Assembly (NCBI GenBank): GCA_963666735.1
Contig: OY762926.1
Location: 2,208,001 to 2,272,000, forward strand
Direction: 5' to 3'
Origin: Gemmatimonadota bacterium
GTDB taxonomy: Bacteria > Gemmatimonadota > Gemmatimonadetes > Palauibacterales > Palauibacteraceae
Length of the DNA: 64,000 nt
In this document: positions 17,616 to 26,632 of the stretch, one piece after another
Layout: each line of letters opens with the position of its first letter
Numbering within the stretch: position 1 is the first letter of the stretch
Position numbers and translations under genes: made by a program
The notes under the pieces: model-generated
What the model was told of the DNA's origin: nothing
Databases searched by the model: none
What the model saw: only the letters and a program-made list of their open reading frames with translations

Positions 17616-19420
17616 CACGCCACCGCGGCGCTGTTGTTGCGGTTGTGTGACGCCGCGCGCAGTTGGCCCGTCTCCGGATCGCGCGCGATCGCCACCCACA
17701 ACCCCTCGCCGCCGAAGCGGGCCTCCATGGGGTAGATCTCCTCGTACGCGTAGCCCGTCCCGTCGAGGACGTCGCGCGGGAACCTGCCGCCCGGCACGCG
17801 GAAGGTGAGGGCGCCGGTCGCCGGGTCGGTATTCGGCATGAAGAAATCGGGCGCGTCGATCGCCTCATCCACCGTCATCCCGAACCGCATCACGTTCAGC
17901 AGCCCCTGGAAGGTGCGCTGGTGCAGGCCGGAGCCCATCGAGGCGAAGCCGAGCACGGGACGGCCACCGCGGAACAGGATTCCGGTCTGCGTGGGCGCCG
18001 GGAGCCGCGACCCCGGCTCGATGCGGGCGATCTGCGCCTGCTGGAAGGACGCCGGGTCGCCGATCGTGATCCCGTCCACGACGATCGCGGTCTTGCCCCA
18101 CAGGACCGCGTTGATGCTGTGCGTGATCGCGGCGATGTTGCCGTCCGCGTCGATCGCGACCACGTCATCGGAGTGGCCGGGGCCGCGCGGTGCCCAGTTG
18201 CCGAAGGGCAGCCCGGCCCGCATGACGTTCCAGAGTCGTTCGGCGTGGTCCGGCGTGACGCGCGCCGCCGGGGTGAACTCGCCGCCGGCCAGCGCCGCGG
18301 CCATTTCCGGCGGCAGGAAGTCGAGCAGCGAGGCGCGGGTCACGTCGAGCGCGGTCCGCAGAGCCTCCGGCGACTCCGTCCAGTGGCCCCCGTCGAGCAG
18401 CCCGGAAGCCGCCGCGAGCCGCTGCCCCTCGATCATCGTCACGCCGCCGCGGTTGGGCGGCGGGTTCGTGTACAGCTCCCAGCCGTCCCCCAAGTCCGCC
18501 ACGAGCGGCTCGTCCCAGATGACCTCGTAGGCCGCGAGGTCCTCGACCGTCATCCGGCCGCCCTCGGCCTGGATCGCGGCCGCCGCCCTCCCGGCCCACG
18601 GGCCGCCGTACATGTAGCCGGTCCCCTGCTCGGCGACCGCCCGCAGCGTCGCGGCCAGCGCGGGCTGGCGCAGCACGTCCCCCTCGACGTACGGAGAGCC
18701 GTCCTCCTTGAGGAACGTCGCCTTCGTCTCGGGGAGCCGGGCGAGATCCGCGGCCCGGCCGTCCCAGTAGCCCTCCACCTTCTTGGAGATCGAAAAACCC
18801 TGCTCGGCGACGTGGATCGAAGGCTTGAAGATCTCCGCCCACGGGAGCCGTCCGAACCGTTCGTGCGCGGCCCCCACCCCCTTCATGAAGCCGCCGACCA
18901 GCGCCGTCCGGCCGCTCACGTCGGTCCCGTACATCCCATCGGGCGAAGAGAGGTCGATACCGCCGGGGATGTTCGCCGGATCGTCCTCGCCGAGCACCGT
19001 GTTCCACTCGGCGTTCATGGTGTGGACCCGGTCCGTGCCCGCGTCGTAGTACACGAGCGACATGATGCCGAAGTAGCTGATCGGCGCTCCGGCGGTGAGC
19101 GCGACCTGCATGAGCGAGGTCGTCATCGCCGCGTCGATGGCGTTCCCTCCCTGCTTCAGCGCCTCGAGTCCGGCACGCGCCGCGAGCCCGTTGTAGGCGA
19201 CGGTGACCGCTCCGTTCTCCCCCGTCGCAACGCCGGCTTCCGTCCGGTCCACGAGTTGCGCCTCCATGAACCGCTCGTACTCGGCGGCCCAGCGCTCCGG
19301 CGACAGATCCGTCTCCGCCCGGCATCCCGCCAGCACCAGGGCGGAGGCCAGGCACACGAGGCGAGAACTCCTCCCGAATCGATTCGCGGTTCGACGCACG
19401 ACGCTTACGGATCGGCGCAT
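17612..19420 (-). CDS. Gamma-glutamyltransferase-family Ntn hydrolase (lipoprotein), divergent active site
   Basis: LAGC lipobox; GGNAIDAA, HERFGRLPW, QPALAATL, DLAAY, D.DGN and A.DAP. Confidence 0.85.
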   Translation of the reverse strand: MRRSVSVVRRTANRFGRSSRLVCLASALVLAGCRAETDLSPERWAAEYERFMEAQLVDRTEAGVATGENGAVTVAYNGLAARAGLEALKQGGNAIDAAMTTSLMQVALTAGAPISYFGIMSLVYYDAGTDRVHTMNAEWNTVLGEDDPANIPGGIDLSSPDGMYGTDVSGRTALVGGFMKGVGAAHERFGRLPWAEIFKPSIHVAEQGFSISKKVEGYWDGRAADLARLPETKATFLKEDGSPYVEGDVLRQPALAATLRAVAEQGTGYMYGGPWAGRAAAAIQAEGGRMTVEDLAAYEVIWDEPLVADLGDGWELYTNPPPNRGGVTMIEGQRLAAASGLLDGGHWTESPEALRTALDVTRASLLDFLPPEMAAALAGGEFTPAARVTPDHAERLWNVMRAGLPFGNWAPRGPGHSDDVVAIDADGNIAAITHSINAVLWGKTAIVVDGITIGDPASFQQAQIARIEPGSRLPAPTQTGILFRGGRPVLGFASMGSGLHQRTFQGLLNVMRFGMTVDEAIDAPDFFMPNTDPATGALTFRVPGGRFPRDVLDGTGYAYEEIYPMEARFGGEGLWVAIARDPETGQLRAASHNRNNSAAVAW

Positions 19421-19461
19421 GGACCGCTCATGGCTGGCTCGTTGATCGCCCATGGGATGGC

Positions 19462-21660
19462 TCACTGGTCGGAGGTGGGGGAGGGACGGAGCCACTGTTC
19501 CCACCATTCGAGCTGGACCCACATCCGGTGCACCATGCGCCACGGCGTCCATCCCCCGTGATAGGAGTCGGGGTAGCGCACGAACTTCGCGGGCACCTGC
19601 TGCTTCCGGAGCGCCACGTACATCTGCTCGGCCTCCTCGATCGGCACCCGGTGGTCCGATTCCCCGTGGACGAAGAGGGTCGGCGTCGTCACGCCCTTCG
19701 CGTGGATGATGGGGGAGGAACGCAGCAGGTGCTCCAGGCCGCGCTCTTCCCACGGCGGCCCGAAGAATTCGCTCTCCTTCGTGCGGGGGATGTCCGCCAC
19801 GCCGTAGTCGCTGACCCAGTTGGAGATCGACGCGCCCGCGATGGCGGCGGCGAAGCGGTCGGTATGCGTGATGACCCAGTTCGTGAGATATCCTCCGTAG
19901 GAATAGCCGGTCACGCCCATGCGCGCGGTGTCGATCTCATAGCGCTCGATCGCGTGGTCGACGCCCGCCATCACGTCGTCGTAGTCGTTGAAGCCCCATC
20001 CGCCCCACGTCCCCCAGCGGAAGTCCTCGCCGTATCCGGTCGAGGCCCGCGGATTCGTGTACAGGACCATGTAGCCCTGCCCCGCGAGGAGCTGCTGGTC
20101 GAACGAGAAGGTGTTTCCGTAGGCTCCGTGCGGCCCGCCGTGCATCTGGAGTACCATCGGGAAGCCGCTCTGCCCGGCGGCGTAGCCGCGCGCCGGGAGC
20201 ATCCAGCCCTCGACCTCGGTCCCGTCGGGACTCCGGAACGAGAGACGCTCCGGGCTGGACAATTCGATCTCGGCGAGCAGGTCGCGATTCACGTCGCTCA
20301 GCCGCACCTCGTCGTCCATCGCGGCTCCGACGTCGGCGACCCGGACATCGCCCGGCTCCGTCGGCGCCGTGGCCCGGAACGCGACGCGCGAAAAATCCTC
20401 CGAGAAGGAGAAGCTCCCGAGCCGGCGGTCCCCCGCCGTCACCTGCTCGACCGGCCCCCCTCCCTCGGCGACGCGGAAGAGATGCGTGTTGCCGCGAATG
20501 CCCGCGGAGAAGTAGACGTGCCCGCCGTCCGCGCTCACGGTGGGTCCGCCGGGGATGAGATCCCACTCCGCGGTGAGGTTGCGGAGGCGCGTCCCGTTCT
20601 CCGCGTCGAACACGAAGAGGTCGGAAGGCGCCCCGCGGTCGCGGGCTTCGCGGATGATGATGTCGAGGCCTTCGTTGCCTCGGACGACGAGCCGCGCGCC
20701 GTCGGCGGACCAGGCCGGGGAGGAGTAGTTGTATCCGTCGTCCGTGAGCCGGTTCACGTCGCCGTCGAGGTCGACGACCCACAGATCCGGCCGCCCGTAC
20801 GAGTGTTCATCTCGCTGGTGCGCGTCCGCGGTGAACGCGAGCCGCCGGCCATCGGGGCTCCAGGCGAGCCCGGAGGCGTCGACGCCGAGTTCCGTGAGCC
20901 GCCGCGCTTCTCCCCCTTCGGCGGGCAGCAGGTACACCTCGCGGGGAGGCGTCGCGTTCGGGTCGCGGGGGTCGGCGAGGTAGCCCCGCCGGTCGAAGCG
21001 GTAGTTCATCCAGTCGTACTCGCGCCCGTCGAACCGCTCCACCGTGCGGCGCTCGAAGTCGGAGTCCCAGACGGGCTCCGGGGAAGGCGGGGGAGGCGTC
21101 GGCCGGGTGAACGCGATCCAGAGGCCGTCCGGACTGAAGACGGGCGAGCCTCGCAGCCCTTCGAGCTGGAACGCTTCGCCGGCCGGCCGGTCCATGCGGA
21201 GGAACCACGTGCTCCCGGCGCCCGCCCCGCCCGGGTCCGGCCGATTCGACGAGAAGACGAGGAAGCGGCCGTCCGGACTCCAGCGCGGCGAGGAGGCGCT
21301 GAAGCTCGGGCTCGTCACCCGCGTGGCCTCCCCGGAACCGTCGGCGTCCACGAGCCGGATCTCGCTGTGGCGACGGTTCTCCTCCTCGAGGACGGACGTG
21401 ACGACGTACGCGACGCGCGATCCATCGGGCGAGAGGGCCGGACTCCCCGCATCCATCAGCCGGTAGTAGTCCGCGAGTTCGAGCGGCCGTCCTTCCTGCG
21501 CGGCGAGCGGGGCCGGCGTGACGGCGCCGTGGGCGCCAGGGACGCCAAGGGCGGCGAGCGGGGCCGGCGTGACGGCGCCGTGGGCGCCAGGGACGCCAAG
21601 GGCGGCGACCGCCGCGGCCGCCGCGGCCGGCGAGAACAGGGACGAGAAGCGAACGCGCAT
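19462..21660 (-). CDS. Secreted S9 prolyl oligopeptidase / acylaminoacyl peptidase
   Basis: WSPDG propeller repeats, HGGPH, GYSYGG nucleophile, D.RVP and H of the catalytic triad. Confidence 0.93.
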   Translation of the reverse strand: MRVRFSSLFSPAAAAAAVAALGVPGAHGAVTPAPLAALGVPGAHGAVTPAPLAAQEGRPLELADYYRLMDAGSPALSPDGSRVAYVVTSVLEEENRRHSEIRLVDADGSGEATRVTSPSFSASSPRWSPDGRFLVFSSNRPDPGGAGAGSTWFLRMDRPAGEAFQLEGLRGSPVFSPDGLWIAFTRPTPPPPSPEPVWDSDFERRTVERFDGREYDWMNYRFDRRGYLADPRDPNATPPREVYLLPAEGGEARRLTELGVDASGLAWSPDGRRLAFTADAHQRDEHSYGRPDLWVVDLDGDVNRLTDDGYNYSSPAWSADGARLVVRGNEGLDIIIREARDRGAPSDLFVFDAENGTRLRNLTAEWDLIPGGPTVSADGGHVYFSAGIRGNTHLFRVAEGGGPVEQVTAGDRRLGSFSFSEDFSRVAFRATAPTEPGDVRVADVGAAMDDEVRLSDVNRDLLAEIELSSPERLSFRSPDGTEVEGWMLPARGYAAGQSGFPMVLQMHGGPHGAYGNTFSFDQQLLAGQGYMVLYTNPRASTGYGEDFRWGTWGGWGFNDYDDVMAGVDHAIERYEIDTARMGVTGYSYGGYLTNWVITHTDRFAAAIAGASISNWVSDYGVADIPRTKESEFFGPPWEERGLEHLLRSSPIIHAKGVTTPTLFVHGESDHRVPIEEAEQMYVALRKQQVPAKFVRYPDSYHGGWTPWRMVHRMWVQLEWWEQWLRPSPTSDQ
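21500..21608. repeat. Perfect 51-bp tandem duplication in the S9 peptidase signal region
   Basis: Units 21500-21550 and 21551-21601 are identical and encode ALGVPGAHGAVTPAPLA twice. Confidence 0.95.
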
Positions 21661-21705
21661 CGCGAGCCTCCTGGAGCGGACTTGGTTGCCTGACCCTAAC
21701 CTTAC

Positions 21706-23610
21706 CTAACGCGGTAGCCGGTAGGCGAGCAGAAGATTGCCGGGCATCTGGCTGAACAGGTCGTAGCCCGAGTTCACGAGAACATAGCCGCGCGCGACGA
21801 CGGGCCCGGGGCCGTCGATGGCGCCGCCCCGGCCCGGCACGCCGTTCACGGTCTCGAACTCGCGGGCCGTGTCGACATCCCAGAGTACCGATCCGTCCTC
21901 CGAGGAAAAGGCGCGCAGGTGGCCGTCCAGGCTCCCCGCCAGCACCGCGCCTTCGATCGCGGTGGGCGCGGCGGAAAAGAAGGGCATGCAGCCGGCCCGG
22001 CCGGCACAGACGGACAGGTCGGGCAGAGCGTGCCACAGGACCTCCCCGGCCGCGAGTTCGAGCGCGTAGACGCCGGGGGTGGGCGGATCCTCGGCGTTCA
22101 TCTGCGTGGAGGCGCCCGAGCGCGGGTCCGAGATGACGGCGAACGGGTTGTCGACGTTCGGCACGTAGGCCCGGCGGCCGTCGGAGGTGAGGCCCCAGTG
22201 GATGCCGCCGAGAGAGCTTCCCCTCCCGACCCGGCGCGCCCACACGAGTTCGCCCTCCGAATCGGGATCCAGGGCCCACACCATGCCGGATTTCTGCCCG
22301 GCGATCAGGAGTTGGGACCCGTCCAAGGCGGTGACGATGATCGGGGCCATGCCGAAGTCGTGGTCGGGCCCCGCCGGCGCGGGGCAATTCTGGAAGCGGG
22401 GCGACAGGCAGGACATGTTCCAGGCGTCGTCCTCCCGCCCCTGGAAGGTCCAGCGGGCCTCGCCCGTCTCGATGTCGAGCGCGGTGATGGCGTCGCTCCC
22501 GCCCGTCGCCGGACGCGTGTAGTTCTCGCCGGTCCCGATGTAGAGGAGGCCGCGCGCGGCGTCGACCGTCGGGCTGGACCACACCGGCGCCCCGGAGGGC
22601 GCGAAGAGCCGCGTCCCGGCCTCGTTCTCGCCTACGTGCCGCGGTTCCCCGGCCACGGTTCGGAACTCCCACAGCGGTTCGCCCGTCCGTGCCGAGAAGG
22701 CGGCGACCCCTCCGCTGGAAGTACAACACTCGTAGGCCGGATCGCCGGCGCTGATGATTTCCATCGAGGAGAGCGGGACGAAGACGCGGTCCTCGTGGAC
22801 GGCCACGCTCCCCGTGACGACGTGATCCGCGTGGGTCCCGGCGGTGGCGCGCCAGCGGAGGGCGCCGGTCGTCGCGTCGATCGCGTACACGTTCGTCCGG
22901 AAATCCGCGAAGAAGGCGAACTTTCCGCCGTCGGGACCGTCCCCGACCGCGATCGCGCCGCGCACGGCGGCGTCGCCCGCGAACACCCAGTGGACGCACC
23001 CGCTCTCGAGGTCGATGGAGTACACCTCGCCGTACGCCGAGCCGACGATGATCCGGTCGTCGATCACCGCCGGTTTCGAGCGCACCTGGCTCACGTCCGG
23101 AAAGCCGAAGGCCCACGCGAGTTCGAGCTTCGGCAGGTCGGCGGCGGTGAGTCCGGCCCGGGCCGCGTCCGCGAAGCCCGTCTCGCCGCCGCCGCCGCCC
23201 CAGCCGGACCAGTGCACGACGCCCTCCGACCCCGGCGCGCTCGCGCAGAAGGCGGAGGAGGGCAGGCGGGTCTCGACCAGCGTCTCGCCGGTGAGCCACT
23301 CCGCCACGGCGCGCCGCTCGTCCGGCGTGAGATCCTCGCCGTGCCGGCGCATGCGGCCGCCCTCCAGCGAACCGAGGACGGCCCGCGGCGTCATCGCCCC
23401 GAGCGTGGTGAGGCCGGGAGCACGCACCGTGCGCTGCCCGGAATGACACTCCGCGCACGAAGCGGCGTACACCCGCATGCCGGGGCTGTCATCCATGGGA
23501 GGCGGGTCGAGCAGTCCCCGCACCGGCTCCTGGGCGGCCGCGGGCCCGGCTCCGGCGGTCGGGGCAGTGCCCGCAAGTACGGCGGCGAAGGCCGCGACAA
23601 CGATGCGCAT
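21706..23610 (-). CDS. Quinohemoprotein: cytochrome c plus PQQ-dependent dehydrogenase (polyvinyl alcohol dehydrogenase-like)
   Basis: Signal peptide, CAECH, LAWAFGFP, ECCTSSG, GAPVWSSPT, GPDHDFG, GQKSG, GGIHWG and NSGY. Confidence 0.9.
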   Translation of the reverse strand: MRIVVAAFAAVLAGTAPTAGAGPAAAQEPVRGLLDPPPMDDSPGMRVYAASCAECHSGQRTVRAPGLTTLGAMTPRAVLGSLEGGRMRRHGEDLTPDERRAVAEWLTGETLVETRLPSSAFCASAPGSEGVVHWSGWGGGGGETGFADAARAGLTAADLPKLELAWAFGFPDVSQVRSKPAVIDDRIIVGSAYGEVYSIDLESGCVHWVFAGDAAVRGAIAVGDGPDGGKFAFFADFRTNVYAIDATTGALRWRATAGTHADHVVTGSVAVHEDRVFVPLSSMEIISAGDPAYECCTSSGGVAAFSARTGEPLWEFRTVAGEPRHVGENEAGTRLFAPSGAPVWSSPTVDAARGLLYIGTGENYTRPATGGSDAITALDIETGEARWTFQGREDDAWNMSCLSPRFQNCPAPAGPDHDFGMAPIIVTALDGSQLLIAGQKSGMVWALDPDSEGELVWARRVGRGSSLGGIHWGLTSDGRRAYVPNVDNPFAVISDPRSGASTQMNAEDPPTPGVYALELAAGEVLWHALPDLSVCAGRAGCMPFFSAAPTAIEGAVLAGSLDGHLRAFSSEDGSVLWDVDTAREFETVNGVPGRGGAIDGPGPVVARGYVLVNSGYDLFSQMPGNLLLAYRLPR

Positions 23611-23715
23611 CAGGCGCTTCTCCGGGACGAGATCGAGAGAACCCCAACGAAAGAACCCATCGAGAGAACCCGTGGAACATAGGCCCTCACGTTCCGTTGC
23701 GGGACGGTGTGCCCG

Positions 23716-24888
23716 CTAGCGGCGGATGGGGCGCGCGGCCTCGATCACGCGGTGCACGATGAGATCGGCCACCGCGTCGGCCTGTACCCCATCGTGATCG
23801 CCGGTCCCGCGCCAGTGGGTCTGGGCCACGACCACGAGTTGCCGATCCGGCACGACCCACACGAACTGGCCCCCGTACCCCCACATCACGAAGGCGGACA
23901 CGTCATCGCCGCCGCCCCGGCGGTCGCTCCAGGTCTGGTAGCCGTACCCCGCGTCCCGCAGGACGTAGCCGATGTCGCCCACCGAGACGAGCCGGCCGAT
24001 CTGCGCCTCCACCCAGGCCCGGGATACGATCTGCCGCGAGCCGGAGCGTCCGCCCTGCAGGAGAAGCTGTCCGACCTTCGCGGCATCGCGCGCGCGAAGC
24101 GCCAGCGCCGCGCCGCCCACGATCACGCTGTCCTGCATGACCGGCCAGCGCTTGTCGTCGATGCCGAGCGGCTCCAGCAACTCCCGCTCGGCAAACTCGA
24201 GCGCGCTCCCGTCGACCACCATCTCGACGATTACCGTCAGCAGGTGCGACCCGCCGGTGTTGTAGATGAACCGCTGGCCCGGCGGGGCCACGACGGGCAG
24301 GTCCAGCACGTACCCGACGGGCTCCCCCGATCGCACCCATGGGCCGAAGTCCTCCTCATCCGACCACTGCATACCGCTCGTCATCGTGAGCAGGTCGCGC
24401 ACGCGGATGCCGCCATGCTCGGACCGCCGCGACGGATGCGACAGCCAGTCCGTCATCGGGTCGTCCAGGTCCAGGAGCCCCCGGTCCGAGGCGAGGCCGA
24501 CGAGCAGCGCCGTGACCGTCTTCGTGACGGACCTCATGTCGAAGGCCGAGTCCCGGTGCATGCCGCCGAAGTACGCCTCCTCGACGATCCGCCCGTTCCG
24601 GGCCGCGAGGAGAGCCCGGATGTTCGGCACGGCGCTCGCCGCCTCCGCGAACGCGGCCTCCAGCATCCCCTCGTCGAACCCCTCCGCTTCGGGCGTCGAG
24701 GTCGCCCACGCGCGCGACAGGTCGACCGGCGCGGACACCGGATCGGGACCGGTCCCCGGGTCTCCCGGATCCACCGGCGCCACCGAGTCGCCGCACGCGG
24801 CCAGCGCCGTCCACGCCGCCACGCCGGCGGCGCCGGTCAGGTGGAGCGCTCGCACCCTGCAACACCGCCCCCGCCGTCGCCCTCGCAC
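23716..24888 (-). CDS. Class C beta-lactamase-like serine hydrolase (lipoprotein)
   Basis: SVTK (SxxK), LLTMTSG, FIYN and GYGGQ; lipobox LAAC; start uncertain. Confidence 0.88.
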   Translation of the reverse strand: MRGRRRGRCCRVRALHLTGAAGVAAWTALAACGDSVAPVDPGDPGTGPDPVSAPVDLSRAWATSTPEAEGFDEGMLEAAFAEAASAVPNIRALLAARNGRIVEEAYFGGMHRDSAFDMRSVTKTVTALLVGLASDRGLLDLDDPMTDWLSHPSRRSEHGGIRVRDLLTMTSGMQWSDEEDFGPWVRSGEPVGYVLDLPVVAPPGQRFIYNTGGSHLLTVIVEMVVDGSALEFAERELLEPLGIDDKRWPVMQDSVIVGGAALALRARDAAKVGQLLLQGGRSGSRQIVSRAWVEAQIGRLVSVGDIGYVLRDAGYGYQTWSDRRGGGDDVSAFVMWGYGGQFVWVVPDRQLVVVAQTHWRGTGDHDGVQADAVADLIVHRVIEAARPIRR

Positions 24889-24898
24889 AGCCCGCCGC

Positions 24899-25705
24899 CT
24901 ATTCGCGGCGACGACGCCGGAACGGCATCGAGAGCATCCCGCGCAGCGTCCCCCACTCCGAACGGTCCAGGTTCTCGAGCCCGAGACGGATCTCGCGCGG
25001 CTCGGACCGGAGCCGGAAGCTCCCGAAGACGCGGTCCCAGAGGGAGAAGATGCTCGAGTAGTTCGAGTCGGTCTCCGGCTGGTGGTCGGAATGGTGGACC
25101 CAGTGCATCCACGGCGTGACGATGAGCCAGCGCAGGCAGCGGTCCACCCGGCCGGGCAGCCGCACGTTGCTGTGGTGGAAGAGGATGATCGGGAGGAGGA
25201 TCGCCTCGTAGGCCAGGAGTTCCGCCACCGTCACGCCGAGGAGGGGAAGCACGGCGAGCCGCACCGTCGAGGAGAGTACGATCTCCCCCGTGTGAAAGCG
25301 GAGTCCCGACGTCGCGTCCAGTTCCGCGTCCGAGTGGTGGACCTGGTGGAAGCGCCACAGGAACCGGATCTGGTGATTCAGCCGGTGCCACAGGTACTGC
25401 CACGCATCGAAGATCACGACGGCGAGCCCGACCCGGGTCCACACCGGCAGCTCGAGCAGGTGAAGCAGCCCGAAACCGCGTTCCCTCGCCGCCTCCGTCA
25501 CGAACAGCGTGGCCGCGGCGAAGAGGACGGCCGCCACCGCCGCGTTCCCCACGCCGAGGACGAGGTTCCGCGCTCCGTGCCCCGCCCTCGCGCTCCGGCC
25601 CTCGAACATCGGGAGCACGCCCTCGACCAGCCACAGGATGGCGAGCGCGAGGGTGGCCCCCGCCGTCTTCAGGGTGCTGGGGTCGTCGAACACGGGAGCG
25701 AACAT
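24899..25705 (-). CDS. Sterol desaturase / fatty acid hydroxylase family membrane protein
   Basis: His boxes HRLNH, HQVHHSD, RFH, HHSN and HWVHHS. Confidence 0.9.
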   Translation of the reverse strand: MFAPVFDDPSTLKTAGATLALAILWLVEGVLPMFEGRSARAGHGARNLVLGVGNAAVAAVLFAAATLFVTEAARERGFGLLHLLELPVWTRVGLAVVIFDAWQYLWHRLNHQIRFLWRFHQVHHSDAELDATSGLRFHTGEIVLSSTVRLAVLPLLGVTVAELLAYEAILLPIILFHHSNVRLPGRVDRCLRWLIVTPWMHWVHHSDHQPETDSNYSSIFSLWDRVFGSFRLRSEPREIRLGLENLDRSEWGTLRGMLSMPFRRRRRE

Positions 25706-25744
25706 AGCCCGGAGGGCCGGATTCGGGCACGGGCCGCCGACCCG

Positions 25745-26632
25745 CTAACGGGCGGGAGCGACGCCCTCCGCCACGCTCACCTCGGCCGCCCCGAAGAAGC
25801 CGAACGCGAACCGGGACGGGCGGTCCAGATTCGTGACGTTCCCGCGTATGGTTGCGGGCGGGATGGAGAAGGGGTTGGCCGACCCGAGCGCGTTCTGCTC
25901 GAAGAGCGAGTAGTAGTAGTCGTAGCCCAGCCTCGAGAGCGAGATCTGGCGGATCTCCGCGTGTTCTCCGGGCACGATGGCGATCTCATCGTTCGGCTGG
26001 AAGCCGACCACGTCCTGCCCGTCGTACAGTTCGTCCCGGCTCACGAGGTTGATCGCGTTTCCGGGGTCCGGCGGAATCTCGTTCACGCCCTCCACGAGTT
26101 GTTCCCACAGGTAGTAGTTCGCGACTCCGGCCGGGTCCTCGAAGTCGATCGCGGCCCGATAACCCTCTTCCTCGATGAAGAGCGACTCCTCCTCGAACAC
26201 GAAGTACAGCGAATCGATCGGGGGCACTCCCCGCAGCAGAGCCGACGCTTCGTACACGTCTCCCGCGTACTCGAGGAAGAGCGTATACGTCTCGCCGACG
26301 CGCGCGAAGAGATGTTCCGTCCCGTACAGACCCGCCTCGATCTCCGGGAACGGGTAGGCGCGGCCGGCCCCATCGACGATGGTGACGATGGCGCCGGTCG
26401 CGGGCGGGGTCGGCCGGCTGTCGAAGAAGCCCGCCGTCGTCGACAGCCGGATGCGCTGCCTGCCGCTCGGCGCATCCTTGACGAGTTCGATCCTTCCCTC
26501 CACCACGAGTCTCGGCTCCGGGTCGGGAATGTCGACGTCCACGACCCGTTCGCATCCCGTCGCCGCGAGGCACGCGGCCAACGCGAGCAGACGGCCGGCC
26601 GCCGCAACGCGATTCCCCGCGCCGCCACGCAT
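25745..26632 (-). CDS. DUF4249-like lipoprotein, partner of the TonB-dependent receptor
   Basis: Lipobox ATGC followed by E..VD, RLVVEG, DPAG..NYY and GN......GFF; ATGA overlap with the receptor stop. Confidence 0.82.
   Translation of the reverse strand: MRGGAGNRVAAAGRLLALAACLAATGCERVVDVDIPDPEPRLVVEGRIELVKDAPSGRQRIRLSTTAGFFDSRPTPPATGAIVTIVDGAGRAYPFPEIEAGLYGTEHLFARVGETYTLFLEYAGDVYEASALLRGVPPIDSLYFVFEEESLFIEEEGYRAAIDFEDPAGVANYYLWEQLVEGVNEIPPDPGNAINLVSRDELYDGQDVVGFQPNDEIAIVPGEHAEIRQISLSRLGYDYYYSLFEQNALGSANPFSIPPATIRGNVTNLDRPSRFAFGFFGAAEVSVAEGVAPAR

Noticed and set aside
23630..23680. Three short CGARAGAACCC repeats upstream of the PQQ dehydrogenase
   Set aside because: Short and irregularly spaced; cannot distinguish an operator from a slippage scar.
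23716..24888. Beta-lactam resistance (two SxxK hydrolases, an MBL-fold protein and a BlaI/BlaR-like pair in the window)
   Set aside because: The genes are unlinked; the hydrolases resemble esterase/amidase members, the MBL protein is GloC-like, and the M56 protein lacks a penicillin-binding sensor.
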